DNA of 35,198 nucleotides from a virus (Duplodnaviria; Heunggongvirae; Uroviricota; Caudoviricetes): IMG/VR virus record IMGVR_UViG_2548876963_000010; one strand, 5' to 3'. Shown piece by piece: positions 34,683 to 35,198 of this stretch (position 1 is its first letter; each line of letters starts with the position of its first letter). The notes under the pieces were generated by a model. It saw only the letters and a program-made list of their open reading frames with translations, ran no database searches and was not told where the DNA came from. The position numbers and the translations under genes were made by a program.

Positions 34683-35198
34683 TTAGCTCTTTTCAGGACA
34701 TTTGGTATTTGGCTGAATACGTGTTTCGTTATACGTCGTGGTAATAACAACGGCTAAACCTGTCGTAAACTGGCACTCTTTACCCACCTGGGTGGAGGTA
34801 TACACTTTGGTGCCTTCCTTATATGTTAAAGAAACACCTTCCACTAAGGTTTTATCATTCACCATAGAACCCGCTGCTGCGCCAACAGCTCCGCCGCCAA
34901 CTGCACCTGCTGTCGTTCCGGAATTGCTGCCAGACCCGACGTTGTGGCCGATAACACCGCCAGCGACAGCGCCAATAAGCGCGCCAAAGGCTTGTGCGTT
35001 CCGTTTATTTTGGGCGTTGTCTACGGCAACTTTTGCGGGAAGAATGGAAATAATATTAACGGTTTTAGTTTCTTGTTTGGTATTCAGTTGATCGGTTTGA
35101 TAAACATCGGCGGCATGATCATCAGCATTTGACTGGCATCCTGCCAGAGTGAATGACGCTAACATTGCCACAGGCAGAAGACATTTTTTAAATTTCAT
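34683..35198 (-). CDS. Glycine-zipper outer-membrane lipoprotein (likely host chromosomal)
   Basis: Signal peptide with lipobox LAGC; Gly/Ala-rich glycine-zipper segment AFGALIGAVAGGVIGHNVGSG...AVGGGAVGAAAGS; start codon at window edge. Confidence 0.65.
   Translation of the reverse strand: MKFKKCLLPVAMLASFTLAGCQSNADDHAADVYQTDQLNTKQETKTVNIISILPAKVAVDNAQNKRNAQAFGALIGAVAGGVIGHNVGSGSNSGTTAGAVGGGAVGAAAGSMVNDKTLVEGVSLTYKEGTKVYTSTQVGKECQFTTGLAVVITTTYNETRIQPNTKCPEKS

Overview
The window is almost entirely a P2-family (Peduovirus-like) prophage, read mostly on the minus strand, with host chromosome resuming near 34.06 kb. Everything here is from reading the sequence and ORF track by eye; no database search or computation was run, so family assignments rest on recognisable motifs and gene order. 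Layout from left to right: a P4-type tyrosine integrase (1-1200), then an AlpA-like regulator, a large zinc-finger/Toprim/Walker-A primase-helicase and an Ogr-like zinc-finger late activator in place of the P2 A/B replication genes; a divergent RHH/XRE switch; then a complete P2-like late gene set (D U T E/E' FII FI, G H I J W V, S R, lysis genes, X, L M N O, P Q), a cos-like sequence and a GGTAACC repeat cluster. Four accessory loci interrupt this backbone. The strongest candidate for an undescribed system is a visibly AT-rich three-gene cassette at 5505-8508: an unknown 190-aa protein, a YejK/NdpA-like protein, and a 418-aa protein with C-terminal transmembrane helices. A second AT-rich insert between L and X (25.7-27.1 kb) carries a small RHH protein behind twin perfect palindromes and an unknown 217-aa protein with an R-x4-H motif (possible HEPN). 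The other two are a HicAB toxin-antitoxin pair with its own terminator and operator between V and S, and a Dam-type methyltransferase plus an unknown 155-aa protein between G and FI. Four late-promoter-like TGT-N13-ACA dyads sit upstream of FI, V, X and between O and P. Two host genes follow at 34128-35198.
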